A stretch of DNA of 64,000 nt from positions 124,001-188,000 of the forward strand of contig NIVC01002210.1 of assembly GCA_002269645.1 (NCBI GenBank). Reading direction: 5' to 3'. Position numbers and translations under genes: made by a program. The notes under the pieces are model-generated. The model was not told where the DNA came from. It searched no databases and worked only from the letters and a program-made list of their open reading frames with translations. How positions within the stretch are numbered: the stretch's first letter is position 1; each line of letters starts with the position of its first letter. Below are positions 1 to 11,738 of this stretch, in pieces. The stretch is from Macrostomum lignano. Lineage: Eukaryota.

Positions 1-724
1 TCACTCCAGATCCGTTACTCCAGACCTCATCACTCCAGACCCGTCACTCCAGACCCGTCACTCTAGACCCGTCACTCCAGACACATCACTCCGGATCCGT
101 CACTCCAAACCCGTCACTCCAGACCTCATCACTCCAGATCCGTCACTCCAGACCGGCACTCCAGACCCGTCACTCCGGATCCGTCACTCCAGACCCGTCA
201 CTCCAGACCCGTCACTCCAGATCCGTCACTTTAGATTCGTCACTCCAGACCCGTCACTCCAGATCCGTCACTCCAGACCCGTCACTTCAGACCCGTCACT
301 CCAGATCCGTTACTCCAGATCCGTCACTCCAGATTCGTCACTCCAGATCCGTCACTCCAGACCCGTCACTCTAGACCCGTCACTCCAGACCCGTCACTCC
401 AGACCTCATCACTCCAGATCCGTCACTCCAGACCCGTCACTCCAGACCCGTCACTCCAGACCCGTCACTCCAGACCCGTCACTCTAGACCCGTCACTCCA
501 GACACATCACTCCAGACCCGTCACTCCAGACCCGTCACTCCAGACCTCATCACTCCAGATCCGTCACTCCAGACCGGCACTCCAGACCCGTCACTCCGGA
601 TCCGTCACTCTAGATTCGTCACACTCCAGACCCGTCACTCTAGATTCGTCACTCCATACCCGTCACTCTAGATTCGTCACACTCCAGACCCGTCACTCTA
701 GATTCGTCACTCCATACCCGTCAC
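1..724. repeat. Intronic minisatellite, 14-bp unit CGTCACTCCAGACC
   Basis: Direct tandem array ending ~35 nt before the acceptor at 759. Confidence 0.95.
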
Positions 725-759
725 TCGCACAGTCCACCACCCCGTAAACATCCCGACAG

Positions 760-3700
760 GACGCGGACGTGGCCATCGGGCCCATCTCGGTCACGGCCGA
801 GCGGCAGCGCTCCGTGGACTTCAGCATCCCCTACTACGACTACGCCGGCCTGCAGATCTTTATGCGTCGAAGTGACGGCGGCGCCGATACTTCAATGTTC
901 TTCTTTGTCAAGGTGTTCGATGGCTACGTCTGGCTGTGCCTCGGCTGCACCCTGCTGGTCACCGGCCTGTTCGTCACCCTGTTCGACCGTCTGAGTCCCT
1001 ACAGCTTCCAGAACCGGCCCGATGAGGAGCTCTCCGAAGGTGAACCGGAAGGCAAAGTGTTCAGCTTCAAGGAGAGCATGTGGTTCGTGCTCGGAGCCGT
1101 CACACAGGCTGGCGAGAGCTTCGATCCCAGGGCCACTTCTACTCGGTTCCTGGTGGCGGGATTCTGGATCTTCTCCTGCATCATCATGGCGCTGTACACC
1201 GCCAACCTGGCCGCGTTTCTCACCGTCTCCAAGCTGTCAGCCTCGATTTCGTCGGTTCGGGAGCTGGCGTCACAGACGGCCATCAAGGTGGGGCTATGAG
1301 CTGTGATGGAGATCGCTGGGAACCCTTATTGCTCATAGACTTATAGATAAATTGGTTATTGCGTTATAAACATTCCCTCATTGGTCATGGATCATAGCGA
1401 CCCTCTCATTGCTCATATGTCATAATTATTGCAATAGTTAATACTATATTGGTCATGCATTACTGATCGCTCACAGCATGACTGAAGACAACATTGGTCA
1501 TGCATCACTCATCGCTCATAGAATGATTATAGACAATATTGGTCATGCATCACTCATCGATCATAGAATGATTCAAGACAACATTGGTCATGCATCACTC
1601 ATCGCTCATAGAATGACTAAAGACAATATTGGTCATGCATCACTCATCGCTCACAGCATGACTGAAGACAACATTGGTCATGCATCACTCATCGATCATA
1701 GAATGACTGAAGACAACATTGCTCATGCATCACTCATCGATCACAGCATGACTGAAGACAACATTGGTCATGCATCACTCATCGATCACAGCATGACTGA
1801 AGACAACATTGGTCATGCATCACTCATCGATCACAGCATGACTGAAGACAACATTGGTCATGCATCACTCATCGCTCACAGCATGACTGAAGACAACATT
1901 GGTCATGCATCAGCATCGATCAATCTTACAATCTTACATCACAGGTATATTTCACTGAAATCTTGTTAAGCATCAGCAAGGTGCAGTTTTTGGCAACCGA
2001 TTGCAACCGCATGATTGTCCGGAATCAAACACCCCCCCGCAGTACTCAGTGCAGCGGGACACCATCGGCTACTCGTTCTTCGCCCAGATGCGCGACATTG
2101 AATCGAAATTTTACGATGTCTGGCGTGAGCTGACGGTGCAGCAGGAGATTGCCAGCGGTGAATAATTTCATTTTTTTGGGGGGCTCATTTACATAATGGA
2201 TATTTCCGGATTATATCAATCAATATTTGTAGGAGGGCTGCGTGCGGGGCACCCTGGCGCAACGCCTTCGGCGACATCGTCCCACAGTCAGCGTTGACGA
2301 CAAGTCTGCCCATTCCACTAAATCCTTTCATACCGCTCACACGGGGTGTACAGCGATCCTGACTTTCTAATCGTCAGGCATCTACACTTCACTGTGTCTT
2401 GCGGGTTGAGGCTATTTCCGCTGTCCATGTGCTACTGTTTAGTAGTGTAAAATCATGATAGCAAAACAATTAAATCACGAAATCTTCATGAGAAGGGGAG
2501 ATGAATTTGATCAGGCAAACAATGATTTTGAATTTATGTACACTCAGCCGCGAAGACAGAGGTCAACTGTTCTCAGATCTCAGCTCCAGGTGACGCAATT
2601 CACAGCACTCCTGCGTTTCTCGTCTCAACTGTGGGCGATGCAATTTGTACTTTTTGGCCCGTCACTTGTCAACACTGTCGTCAAGGATATCTGAAATTTA
2701 AAAGTACTAAAATTATTTGTCTTTTGTATTTTAAGTCGTTTATATTCATTTCGAGTGAATTTAACAGTGTTAGACTCGAGTGAGCTGTTAGAACAGGTGT
2801 TAGACTTGAGTCAGCTGTTAGAACAGGTGTTAGACTCGAGTGAGCTGTTGGAACAGGTGTTAGACTCGAGTGAGCTGTTGGAACAGGTGTTAGACTTGAG
2901 TGAGCTGTTAGAACAGGTGTTAGACTCGAGGCAGCTACTAGAACAGGTGTTAGACTCGAGGCAGCTACTAGAACAGGTTTTAGACTCGAGTCAGCTGTTA
3001 GAACAGGTGATAGACTCGAGGAAGCAACTAGAACAGGTGTTAGACTCGAGTGAGCTGTTGGAACAGGTGTTAGACTCGAGTGAGCTGTTGGAACAGGTGT
3101 TAGACTCGAGTGAGCTGTTAGAACAGGTGTTAGACTCGAGGCAGCTGTTAGAACAGGTGTTAGACTCGAGGCAGCTACTAGAACAGGTGTTAGACTCGAG
3201 GCAGCTACTAGAACAGGTTTTAGACTCGAGTGAGCTGTTCGAACAGGTGTTAGACTCGAGGCAGCTACTAGAACAGGTGTTAGACTCGAGTGAGCTGTTA
3301 GAGCAGGTGTTAGACTCGAGTGAGCTGTTAGAACAGGTGATAGACTCGAGGCAGCAACCAGAACAGGTGTTAGACTCGAGTGAGCTGTTGGAACAGGTGT
3401 TAGACTCGAGTGAGCTGTTGGAACAGGTGTTAGACTCGAGTGAGCTGTTGGAACAGGTGTTAGACTCGAGTGAGCTGTTGGAACAGGTGTTAGACTCGAG
3501 GCAGCTGTTAGAACAGGTTTTAGACTCGAGGCAGCTGTTAGAACAGGTGTTAGACTCGAGGCAGCTACTAGAACAGGTGTTAGACTCGAGGCAGCTACTA
3601 GAACAGGTGTTAGACTCGAGTGAGCTGTTCGAACAGGTGTTAGACTCGAGGCAGCTACTAGAACAGGTGTTAGACTCGAGTGAGCTGTTAGAGCAGGTGT

Positions 3701-6234
3701 TAGACTCGAGTGAGCTGTTAGAACAGGTGTTAGACTCGAGGCAGCTACTAGAACAGGTGTTAGACTCGAGTGAGCTGTTAGAACAGGTGTTAGACTCGAA
3801 CAATCGAGTAGACAATCAGTCGATATGGTTAAAGCTCCCTCACCAATGACCTCGGAGAGATTCCGTCTGTCAGCATCGCGGTCTTCAGGCAGGTGCTCCA
3901 GGGCCCACATGGCGTAGTTAATGGGTGTCCATTCCATCGTATCCGCGATGTTACGGCTAGCCCTGGCGCAAGTGCAGAGCCATCGCACGATGTCGCACAG
4001 GCCGTGCTGAGCAGCGTAGCTCAGTGCAGTTCTGTTGAAGATTCGATTTCGTGGGTAAGGGGAGGGGCGGACTGGCGGCTCATAGTCGCTAAGGCCTTTT
4101 CGGATCCTGCTACGGTCCAATACTCGAAAATTTTTATCGCAGTTGGGCACAGTCACTATGGACAAGATCTCAATAACACGGAGAAGTACTCAGACGCACT
4201 AAGAATGATCGAAGGAGTGACAAGACACATGGAAAAGACACGAGACATCTGTGGGACACAGGAGCTTCAAGAGTGTCCTTCAGGCTGTAGGGAATTCACC
4301 TGGAGAGACACAGGAGCTTCACACCTCGACGAGCGGTAAGACACCTGTAAGAGTGACAAGACACATTGCGGATTGCCAAGACACCTAGAGGAGTAAAAAG
4401 ACACTTGGGGGAGTGACAAGACGCATGGAAGAGTGAAAAGACACCTGTGGGAGTGACAAGACGCATGGAAGAGTGACAAGACGCATGAGAGAGTGACAAG
4501 ACGCATGGAAGAGTGACAAGACGCATGAGAGAGTGACAAGACGCATGAGAGAGTGACAAGACGCATGAGAGAGTGACAAGACGCATGAGAGAGTGACAAG
4601 ACGCATGAGAGAGTGACAAGACGCATAGGGGAGTGACAAGACCCACGCTTGAAATTCTCTTAAAAAGACGTTGAAAAAACCCTTGAAAAGCTCACCTGCC
4701 GTGAAGATCCGTCGCATTGACGTCCTCGCCATCGTCGGCGAAGGCTTTGACGAACTGCAACGAGGCGCCGGGCTGCACCGCCAGGATCAGGCTGGTCTCG
4801 CCCAGCTGGCAGCAGCCGCCGCCGCGCCTGCCCGGGCCGCGGATCAGCGCCTCGGCCGCGGCCAGGTGACCCAGCCGGATCGCCTCGGTGAGCAGGCGGC
4901 TCTGAAACTCCGCGTCACCGGTGGCCTCGGCGGCTCCGAGTTCCAGCAGTTGGTACACCACCGGCACCCAGTCCATCTGGACGGCTCGCTCCAGCGCCGC
5001 GCCCAACTGTTCGAATCCTTCGCTGGCGGGATGGCTCAGCCAACGCTGAACATCCAGGAAGTTTCCTCCAGCCACCGCGGCAAGCAGACTGTCGACTGCG
5101 TCTTCCGTCTGGTTGAGCTCCGGCTGGGCTTCGACTGAGTTGCTGGAGTCGGGGATCTCGTCCGCCTGAATGTCCGGGATGTCACCGTCTGATTCTTCGT
5201 CTGACTCGTCAGTCGCTTCTGAATGTTCTGACGACCTAGAAGCCGCTTCAAGTGTCCCGGGTCCTTCAGGCTGTAGCGAGTCCATCGGAAGAGACACGAG
5301 CGCTTCAGGTGTCCCGGGTCCTTCAGGCTGTAGCGAGTCCACCGGAAGAGACATGAGCGCTTCAGGTGTCCCGGATCCTTCAGGCTGTAGCGAATCCACC
5401 GAAAGGGACTCGGGCGCTTCAGGTGTCTCGGATCCTTCAGGCTGTAGCGAATCCACCGAAAGGGACTCGGGCGCTTCAGGTGTCCCGGGTCCTTCAGGCT
5501 GTTGCAAATCCAGCTGAGGAGACCCGGATACTTCAGGGTCAAGAGCATCGTGCAGTTCATTCTCATCTTTGATTTTGTTGAATTTGTCGCAGTTAAAACT
5601 CAGCTGTCCATTGTCCATCTGAAGACCCGTAGACTTAGGAAGTGGATCCATAATTGAGTCTGGGTATTTGATGTCGTGGCTAAAACAGGTTTTTCAAAGA
5701 AAATTTATTATGTCATACAAACGGAAGTTTCGCAGATACAACACTCTATAATAAAACTTTAGTACCTAGTTTCAGCACAGTAAATAATTTTAGCGCGCAC
5801 CAGCTGAGCAGCAGTGTACGTTTCTAAAAAAGATCCGAGAAACCAATGAGAATGCGCGAAGGCTTGGCTTGGAGAGAGTAGGGGGTGGGTTGCGCAGAGA
5901 GAATATGCGCCAGTTAGAATACCCACCCCCTCTGAACTGTACTTCGTACTTCAGCGTGTACAGATAGTGAATTAAATAACTCAGCGAATGTATTAGTGTC
6001 CAGGACGCATCTAGTTGTACATAGCGGATGTACAGATAAGTCCACTGTATCATACTCGTCGGTACAGCTGATCAGGCCTTTCTTAAGCCGCAAATATCAA
6101 TCAAATAAGTGAAGAAGCAACATAGCACTTTAGTCAGTAAATAATCTGTGATAGATTATTGGTCATTTTATCAATTAATCATTCAGTCAGTCAATCAGTC
6201 AATCAATCAATTTATTAAATCAATCAATCAAATC

Positions 6235-6280
<46 letters not shown>

Positions 6281-6309
6281 TAATTAATAAATCAATTAAT
6301 AAATAAATA

Positions 6310-6346
<37 letters not shown>

Positions 6347-6385
6347 ATCAATCAATCAATTAATTAATAAATCAATTAATTAATA

Positions 6386-6422
<37 letters not shown>

Positions 6423-6473
6423 GTCAATCAATCAATCAATTAATTAATAAATCAATTAATTAATAAATAAATA

Positions 6474-6520
<47 letters not shown>

Positions 6521-6545
6521 TAATTAATAAATCAATTAATTAATA

Positions 6546-6596
<51 letters not shown>

Positions 6597-6621
6597 TAAT
6601 TAATAAATCAATTAATTAATA

Positions 6622-6652
<31 letters not shown>

Positions 6653-6653
6653 T

Positions 6654-6692
<39 letters not shown>

Positions 6693-9179
6693 TAATTAAT
6701 AAATCAATTAATTATTAAATCAATCAATCAATCAATCAATAAATTAATCAATCAATCAATCAATCAGTCAATCGAGTGATCAAATAATCATTTCAAAGCT
6801 AGCAAAACTAATTTTAGTCGCCAAAACCGCCACCATTCCCAGCGGGCGGCTCGCTCTACACAGTGTGGGAGTACCCGATCGAAGAGCAGTATACCGATAT
6901 GTTTCGTCGAATGTCCGGCTGGGGATTCTTCAACACCACCGAGGAGGCCCTGAGCCTTGTCAGCACGGGCCAGTGGGCCATGTTCATGGAGACGCCGCTG
7001 ATCAAGTACTACATGGGCAAGGACTGCGACCTCACCAGCACTGGCGAGATCCTAAGTTCGAGACCCTACGGCATCGCTCTGCAGAAGAACTCTCCTCTGA
7101 CCAGCCTCTTTAATATGGCGTAAGGCTATATGCTTTAACTGGATTTTTCCAAACAATTTCACCAGTTTCTTCAGGAGCGTCAAGATGAGTGTGTCAGGGA
7201 GTGCCGAAATGAGTGTGTCAGGGAGTGAGAATGTGAGTGTGTCAGGGAGTGAGAATGTGAGTGTGTCAGGGAGAGCCGAAATGAGTGTGTCAGGGAGTGA
7301 GAATATGAGTGTGTCAGGGAGTGAGAATGTGAGTGTGTCAGGGAGTGCCAAAATGAGTGTGTCAGGGAGTGAGAATGTGAGTGTGTCAGGGAGTGAGAAT
7401 ATGAGTGTGTCAGGGAGTGAGAATATGAGTGTGTCAGGGAGTGAGAATATGAGTGTGTCAGGGAGTGAGAATATGAGTGTGTCAGGGAGTGAGAATATGA
7501 GTGTGTCAGGGAGTGCCGAAATGAGTGTCAGGGAGTGCCAGCATGAGTGTGTCAGGTAGTGCCAAGATGAGTGTGTCAGGTAGTGCCAAGATGAGTGTGT
7601 CAGAGAGTGCCAAGATGAGTGTGTCAGAGAGTGCCAAGATGAGTGCGTCAGGGAGTGCCAAGATGAGTGTGTCAGAGAGTGCCAAGATGAGTGTGTCAGA
7701 GAGTGCCAAGATGAGTGCGTCAGGGAGTGCCAAGATGAGTGTGTCAGAGAGTGCCAAGATGAGTGTGTCAGGGAGTGCCAAAATGAACGCTTTTGAATGC
7801 TGCTTGACATACAGCCGGGCACAATTCCTGACCGTCAATTTCAGCATACTCAACATGCAGAACGATCGGTCGCTGGAGTCCTACAAAGTTTACTGGTGGG
7901 AACGGGAGAAGGTGCAGTGCTCCACGGAGAAAGTTTCCTCTGGTGAGTGCAGCATTTAGTCTGGGCACACTCAACAGGCGGGATAGTGCTGACAGAAATT
8001 CCAGAATGAGGCTAAGGTATGGGAGAGGAAGAGAGATGGGAGAGGGAGAGAGGTGAGAAAGGGAGAGAGGTAAGATAGGTAGAGACGTGAGATAGAGAGA
8101 GAGCTGAGATAGGGAGAGAGGTGAGAGAGGGAAAGAGATGAGATAGGTGAGAGAGGTGAGAGAGGGAGAGAGGTGAGATAGGGAGAGAGATGAGATAGGG
8201 AGAGAGATGAGAGAGGGAGAGAGATGAGAGAGGGAGAGAGCTGGGAGAGGGAGAGAGGTGAGAGAGGGAGAGAGGTGAGAAAGGGAGAGAGCTGAGATAG
8301 GGAGAGAGGTGAGGTAGGGAGAGAGGTGAGAGAGGGAGAGATATGAGAGAGGGAGAGAGGTGAGAGAGGGAGAGATGGGAGAGAGAATTAAGAGGCAGGA
8401 ACCCAGTCCCATTGAGCAAAGCAGCCAGAGGCAGCCATCGCTCGCCAACCCGCCACTGCCGCATTCCACCAGGCGTGCAGCTGAAGACCCTCAGCGGAGT
8501 CTTCGTGCTGCTTGGCGCCGGCATTGGCGCCGGCTTCATTGTGCTGATCGTTGAGTTCGTGGTGGCCAAGGTTTGGGGCACGGAGCGGTTCAAACCGGTG
8601 AGCTAGGGCTGGACATTGGAGCGGTGTACATTAAAGCAGTGTACATTGAATCAGTGTACATTGTAGCAATTTACATCAGATCAGTGTACATAGGATAAGT
8701 GTACATTGTAGCAATGTACATTGGAGCAGTGTACATAGGATAAGTGTACATTGTAGCAATGTACATTGGAGCAGTGTACATTGGAGTGCACCAGACTGCA
8801 AATGAGCTCGAAATAAAAATCCGCCAATCCCCAGGACTCAATGATTGTGACTCACCTGGCGCCCAGACCGGCCTCACTCCGCCGAAGTCAGAGACGGGCC
8901 AGCCACTGCAGCAGTGCCCAAGGCGGCGGCCTCAACAATGGATGCGGCGATGAGCACCCGTCAGACCGTGTCGCCAGTGCAGGCAGCGGTTACAAGTCAC
9001 CGAACCGACTCAGCATCAACAACGGTGGTCACGAAGGTCACGGAGGTCACGGAGGTCACGGAGGTCAAGAAAACGACGGCTTCCGAATGGACGAACTGGC
9101 GGAGCCGGAGCAGGCTGCTGTCGCCGCCGCCGATGCGGCCGATCCTGAAGCTGGAGGAGGCGAGCACCGATTCCTTTGA
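760..9179 (+). CDS. IR25a: Ionotropic receptor / iGluR, IR25a-like co-receptor (5' exons lie upstream of the window); exons 760-1287, 2043-2157, 6843-7119, 7845-7942, 8473-8597, 8835-9179
   Basis: S1 motif DFSIPYYDYAGL, pore loop WFVLGAVTQAG, M3 LYTANLAAFLT, S2 insert KFYDVWRELT...VWEYPIEEQYTDMF (IR25a-type FYxIWK...VWDYP), YGIALQKNSPL and M4 LSGVFVLLGAG. All junctions are GT-AG with matching phases (0,1,2,1,0). Confidence 0.85.
1464..1915. repeat. Intronic minisatellite, 45-bp unit
   Basis: ATGACTGAAGACAACATTGGTCATGCATCACTCATCGCTCACAGC repeated ~10 times. Confidence 0.95.
2760..3800. repeat. Intronic minisatellite, 30-bp unit GAACAGGTGTTAGACTCGAGTGAGCTGTTA
   Basis: ~35 copies; produces spurious long ORFs on both strands. 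Confidence 0.95.
3844..5651 (-). CDS. Nested ankyrin-repeat gene with an acidic/Pro-rich repeat N-terminus; exons 5651-4696 and 4031-3844, probable terminal exon near 2628-2560
   Basis: ORF 4692-5651 ends VNATDLHGR at the donor AG|GTGAG. Acceptor CAACAG at 4033-4032 continues in phase 2 with TALSYAAQHGL...WTPINYA (ankyrin motifs). The last exon is uncertain. Confidence 0.75.
4400..4640. repeat. Intronic 20-bp minisatellite GAGTGACAAGACGCATGAGA
   Basis: Tandem array inside the nested gene's intron. Confidence 0.9.
6185..6775. repeat. (TCAA)n / AT-rich compound microsatellite
   Basis: Visible directly. Confidence 0.95.
7185..7785. repeat. Intronic 24-bp minisatellite, two variant blocks
   Basis: GAGTGTGTCAGGGAGTGAGAATAT switching to GAGTGTGTCAGAGAGTGCCAAGAT. 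Confidence 0.95.
8020..8390. repeat. GA-rich intronic low-complexity repeat
   Basis: Polypurine tract. Confidence 0.9.
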
Positions 9180-10035
9180 GTAGATTTAGATGAGGAAGAC
9201 TTGTGAGCAATGCAAAGAGTCAGTTTGGACATGGAAATGGACTGAGTACATTTGGACTGTATTTTTACATACTAATCTCTAAGGTTTAACAAGCAAAATG
9301 TATTACATGCACTGCATCTGCACTGAGCACAGAGGTTCAAAACATATAGACGAGTATTTACACTCATTAATAGTGAAATTGTGTACTATTATTTTACCAT
9401 TGTCTACCACACTATTTGATCATTGTTTGTGAATTAAAAATTAAGATAGTACTTTGTGTACTTTAGTTAAATTTTGAATTGTAAAGACTGCGTATCATCA
9501 GCTTAAAGCATAAAAATAAAATTCAGGTAAATAAAAGTACACAATGCAGAACCCCCGTGACACTTGGCCCTTAAGTTTTTTAGGCGCGCACATGTCTGCA
9601 GTATCCTATTATTAGTAGCGCACCTACATTTTGTGCTGATAAATTTTATTTTCAAACTGAAAGCTGCGCAGCAGATTTGAGTGCTATTTTTTACAGAATA
9701 CTTCTCGCCACATTCCCGTTTTGAAACTAATGCTGAGCATTCCTGAGTATACTGATTCCCACTGCACTACTGGACCGTATTCTTCGTGCATCAGCTGCTT
9801 ACCTATACGCTGTGAATCCTATTAATATGCATAATTACACTGCACAGACACTTGATGCATGTTGAGAAGTACTGAAAGTTAAACGGTTTTTGATGAATAA
9901 TTTTATGGCATGGACTGATCCGCGCATTGCACAGTTAATATTAATCAGTTTTTCTGAGTTGCTGTGGACACATTCTTTTATGTATGCTCTGGTGGGCAAA
10001 CTAAATTGACTGGAAGTATTACTAGGTACTTATAG

Positions 10036-10420
<385 letters not shown>

Positions 10421-10879
10421 GACTCGTGCAAATGCAGATCTAGAGAGAAATTGATTGACAGAAATCAGCTCCCGCCACAGAGTCGGACTCAAGCAGCTAT
10501 TGTTGGGAACAATGCTATTCGGCACAGTGATTTCTTTTGTCCCATTGTAATTGACAATCGAGACGCAAAGCCAATATTGGGCAATACAATTGGCATGTCT
10601 CTGTCTTGCCCAAGATAATTGCACAATGCTTTGCAGCAAAAAGCTGTGCTAACGTCGCTGACTTTCGAATGCTTTCAAAAAGCCTTAACCTCGGGACTCT
10701 GTTGAAGCGACTTCGGGGGAAAACAATGTAGATAACGACAATATTTCCGTGGGCCATTGTTCTTCATTGCTGCTGAAAAAATAGAGAACTTTGAAACAGA
10801 AAACAAGCGACAAATCTGCGACGCAGCTTTGTCTACTTAAACGCATCGGAAATCCGATGTGGCAACTGGGCCGGTCGCC

Positions 10880-11623
10880 ATGCCTTTCTGTCTGCTCACA
10901 GCTGCCGCCATCCTGCTGACGGGCGCTCTGGCCACCGAGTTTTTGGAAATCGACGCCCCATTCTGCATCAGGCCGGAGTTCGTGGACAACCGCGCCGATG
11001 CCACGTCGAAGATCGAATGCGCCGGCCTGTGCGACATCACGCCGGACTGCCAGGCTGCCAGCGTGGCTGACGGCACCTGCCAGCTGTTCGTGTTCAACAG
11101 GTGCAGCAAGTACGTGCGTGACTGCAACTGTACTCGCCGGGCCGCGGTGCTGATGAAGCGGCAGCCGGGCGTGCCGCCGGGAGCCCTGTGCCCGACTGGC
11201 TACGCTGACGACTACTGCGGAGCCAAGTACAAACTGTTTAAAGATGCCAAAGACTTCAACGTGGCCAAGACTTTGATCGACTCTGAGCCCGGCTTCACCA
11301 TCATGGCCGATGTCACCGACATGGACGAGATTATTCACCTGGAGAGAATTTTCACTAGGGACAACCTCATGAAGGTGCTGCTGGGCGGCACACAGCCGCC
11401 AGGCAGCGAGGAACCGGCTGGCGGGTGGATCTGGGACAGCTGCAGGCTCAGCATCAGCGCCGATCTGTGGATGGAGAATCAGCCGAATAACGCTGGTAAA
11501 ATAGAGAACGCCACAATCTCTGGTGCCGGAATTGTGGGCATTAACGATGGCCGGTCAGTGCAAAATTCTTTGGTGGTTGGCTACAACGGAACACTGGCCG
11601 AGTGCCTGTCGCCCTTCAACTGA
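10880..11623 (+). CDS. Secreted PAN/Apple + divergent C-type lectin domain protein (247 aa, intronless)
   Basis: Signal peptide MPFCLLTAAAILLTGALA; PAN cysteine pattern ECAGLC...DCQAAS...GTCQL; CTLD hallmarks CPTGY, LLGG, WIW, WMENQPNN, EN, IND. First ATG at 10880. Confidence 0.75.
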   Translation: MPFCLLTAAAILLTGALATEFLEIDAPFCIRPEFVDNRADATSKIECAGLCDITPDCQAASVADGTCQLFVFNRCSKYVRDCNCTRRAAVLMKRQPGVPPGALCPTGYADDYCGAKYKLFKDAKDFNVAKTLIDSEPGFTIMADVTDMDEIIHLERIFTRDNLMKVLLGGTQPPGSEEPAGGWIWDSCRLSISADLWMENQPNNAGKIENATISGAGIVGINDGRSVQNSLVVGYNGTLAECLSPFN

Positions 11624-11738
11624 TGGAACGCGACGTCGTCTAGAGAATGATGATTTCCCCTAAACTCATTGAAACTGTCATGATGTTTGAGAATTTTGAA
11701 TAAAAATTCAAGCACATTGGCCGCAAGGCTGTTTGAAA

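Noticed and set aside
2681-3849. Long repetitive ORFs on both strands (494, 364 and 274 aa)
   Set aside because: They are products of a stop-free 30-bp minisatellite; a good GT donor at 3843 precedes the array.
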